From an uncultured Sphingobacterium sp. (lineage in GTDB: Bacteria > Bacteroidota > Bacteroidia > Chitinophagales > Chitinophagaceae), in the NCBI GenBank assembly GCA_964508355.1, contig CAZDTN010000001.1, positions 1-51,813 of the forward strand: a DNA stretch of 51,813 nucleotides, given 5' to 3'. The notes below the pieces were generated by a model. The model was not told where the DNA came from. It did no database searches and worked only from the letters and a program-made list of their open reading frames with translations. Position numbers and translations under genes: made by a program. Below, piece by piece: positions 50,316 through 51,813 of this stretch; within the stretch, counting starts at the first letter, position 1; each line of letters starts with the position of its first letter.

Positions 50316-51170
50316 ATGAAGTGGCTGCTTTTCATTTCCCTATGCTTAATTTGGGGAAGTTCATTTATCCTGATAGCTGAGGGGCTTGAGACCATGAGTC
50401 CATATCAGGTGGCTTCCATTCGTATTTTTTTTGCTGGTACCTGCTTTTTACCACTGCTTAAACAAGCGTACAAGGCCACTCCAAAAGAGGCATTATTACC
50501 CATTATTATTTCTGGATTCCTCGGCACCTTTTTCCCAGCGTTTTTCTTCAGTATTGCTCAAACAAAAATAGACAGTTCACTTGCAGGTATTTTGAATGCA
50601 CTTACACCCATTTTCACCATTGCTATAGGGACTTTCTTTTTTCAACTACAAATTGGCTGGTTAAAATGGCTGGGTATATTTATTGGATTTATTGGTATGC
50701 TGATTACCAACTTGGGTGGAGCTCATGGTATTAATTTTGACCACATTACCTATTCACTTTTTGTGCTTTTGGCTACAATTTGTTACGGATTGAATGTAAA
50801 TGTGGTAAACAAATATGTGCAGAATGTAGCACCACTTCATATTGCCACTATTGCCTTTACTTCTCTAATTGTTCCTACTTTACTGGTTCTTGCTGGCACA
50901 GGATATTTCACACATCCAAATTTGATGAATGGCAGTTGGACAAAAGGCACATTGATTGCAGGTTTACTGGGGCTTATTAATACAGGAGTGGCCTCAGTTA
51001 TTTTTTATCAATTGATGAAGAAAGCTGGACCCGTTTTTGCCTCAACAGTCACATATATCATACCATTCGTTGCTATTGGGTGGGGCATTTACTTTGGAGA
51101 GCTGGTAACTACCCTGCAATTAATTGGAATGTTTATAATTCTTATTGGTGTTAGACTAGCCAATAAGTAA
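50316..51170 (+). CDS. EamA/DMT family transporter
   Basis: IWGSSFILI, SSLAGILNALTP, VTYIIPFVA. Start moved to ATG 50316 (MKWLLF). Confidence 0.9.
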   Translation: MKWLLFISLCLIWGSSFILIAEGLETMSPYQVASIRIFFAGTCFLPLLKQAYKATPKEALLPIIISGFLGTFFPAFFFSIAQTKIDSSLAGILNALTPIFTIAIGTFFFQLQIGWLKWLGIFIGFIGMLITNLGGAHGINFDHITYSLFVLLATICYGLNVNVVNKYVQNVAPLHIATIAFTSLIVPTLLVLAGTGYFTHPNLMNGSWTKGTLIAGLLGLINTGVASVIFYQLMKKAGPVFASTVTYIIPFVAIGWGIYFGELVTTLQLIGMFIILIGVRLANK

Positions 51171-51172
51171 GT

Positions 51173-51736
51173 TTAAACACTCATAATTTCCTTTTCTTTG
51201 GCTGAAAGATGTTTTTCAACCAGTGCTATGAATTTATTGGTCAGCTCTTGAATTTCTTTTTCTCCATCCTGAGCTGCGTCTTCACTTAATCCATTTTTTT
51301 GCATTTTTTTCACCTGCTCTATGGCATCTCTTCTGATGTTTCTGATAGCTATTTTTGATTGCTCACCTTCAGCCTGCACCCTTTTCACAATCTCTTTTCT
51401 TCTCTCTTCAGTAAGCGGTGGAAGGAAAATCCTAATAATTGCGCCATCGTTCTGGGGAGTTACACCAAGATTTGCAGCAATGATTGAACGTTCAATTGGC
51501 TGAAGCATGTTCTTTTCCCAAGGCTGGATGGTGAGTGTTCTTGCATCAGCTACAGAAATGTTTCCTACCTGGGCAATGGGTGTTGGAGAACCATAGTAAT
51601 CGACCACCAAACCATCAAACATTTGGGGATTAGCACGTCCAGCTCTAATTTTTACTAACTCCGTCTCTAAATGTGAAATTGCCTTATCCATTGAAGATCC
51701 GGCTTCCTTAATGTGTTGATGAAGTTCTTCAGACAT
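51173..51736 (-). CDS. frr: Ribosome recycling factor
   Basis: IRAGRANP, VDYYG, PPLTEERRK, IRNIRRDA. Confidence 0.98.
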   Translation of the reverse strand: MSEELHQHIKEAGSSMDKAISHLETELVKIRAGRANPQMFDGLVVDYYGSPTPIAQVGNISVADARTLTIQPWEKNMLQPIERSIIAANLGVTPQNDGAIIRIFLPPLTEERRKEIVKRVQAEGEQSKIAIRNIRRDAIEQVKKMQKNGLSEDAAQDGEKEIQELTNKFIALVEKHLSAKEKEIMSV

Positions 51737-51755
51737 AATTCAAAAATTTCAAGTG

Positions 51756-51763
51756 CAAATCTA
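51756..51763 (-). promoter_or_regulatory. -7 element TAGATTTG of frr
   Basis: Exact TAnnTTTG followed by CAC, 19 nt before the ATG. Confidence 0.65.
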
Positions 51764-51813
51764 AGAAATGAAGGCGAATGCGCACAAGAAAACTAAGATG
51801 TTCAATTATTGAA

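Noticed and set aside
1-51813. Many 60-170 aa ORFs antisense to or nested in long genes (e.g. 4900-5421, 26499-26888, 42042-42413)
   Set aside because: Shadow frames of well-conserved genes with no recognisable motifs.
1-51813. CRISPR arrays, tRNA/rRNA, IS elements, prophage or defence genes
   Set aside because: No spaced repeats, no transposase, integrase or defence-nuclease motifs, and almost no unassigned intergenic space. The MazG-like gene is the housekeeping dtd-linked type.

Overview
AT-rich, very compact core-genome segment from a Bacteroidota bacterium, probably Chitinophagaceae-like. The assignment rests on GldB, a T9SS cargo protein, DUF5686/DUF3109 proteins, an alpha2-type GlyRS and many TAnnTTTG -7 promoter elements. 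It holds about 42 apparently intact CDSs, mostly housekeeping (ftsH, rsfS, birA, bcp, carB, rsgA, nadE, apaG, mfd, glyS, dtd, comEC, purH, dxs, scpA, frr). I saw no RNA genes, mobile elements, CRISPR arrays or defence islands. The interesting signal is regulatory. (1) A GC hairpin plus U7 terminator starts at the predicted +1 of carB, a candidate protein-free attenuator sensing pyrimidines through start-site choice, upstream of a CarB that appears to lack its allosteric domain. (2) At least eight genes have the -7 element only 3-6 nt before the ATG, implying leaderless mRNAs. (3) A MerR-like HTH protein carries an N-terminal beta-clamp-like motif (QLDIF) and has a dyad in its promoter. (4) An orphan 58-aa protein sits behind an ECF-like promoter. 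All family calls come from motif recognition by eye; no searches were run.
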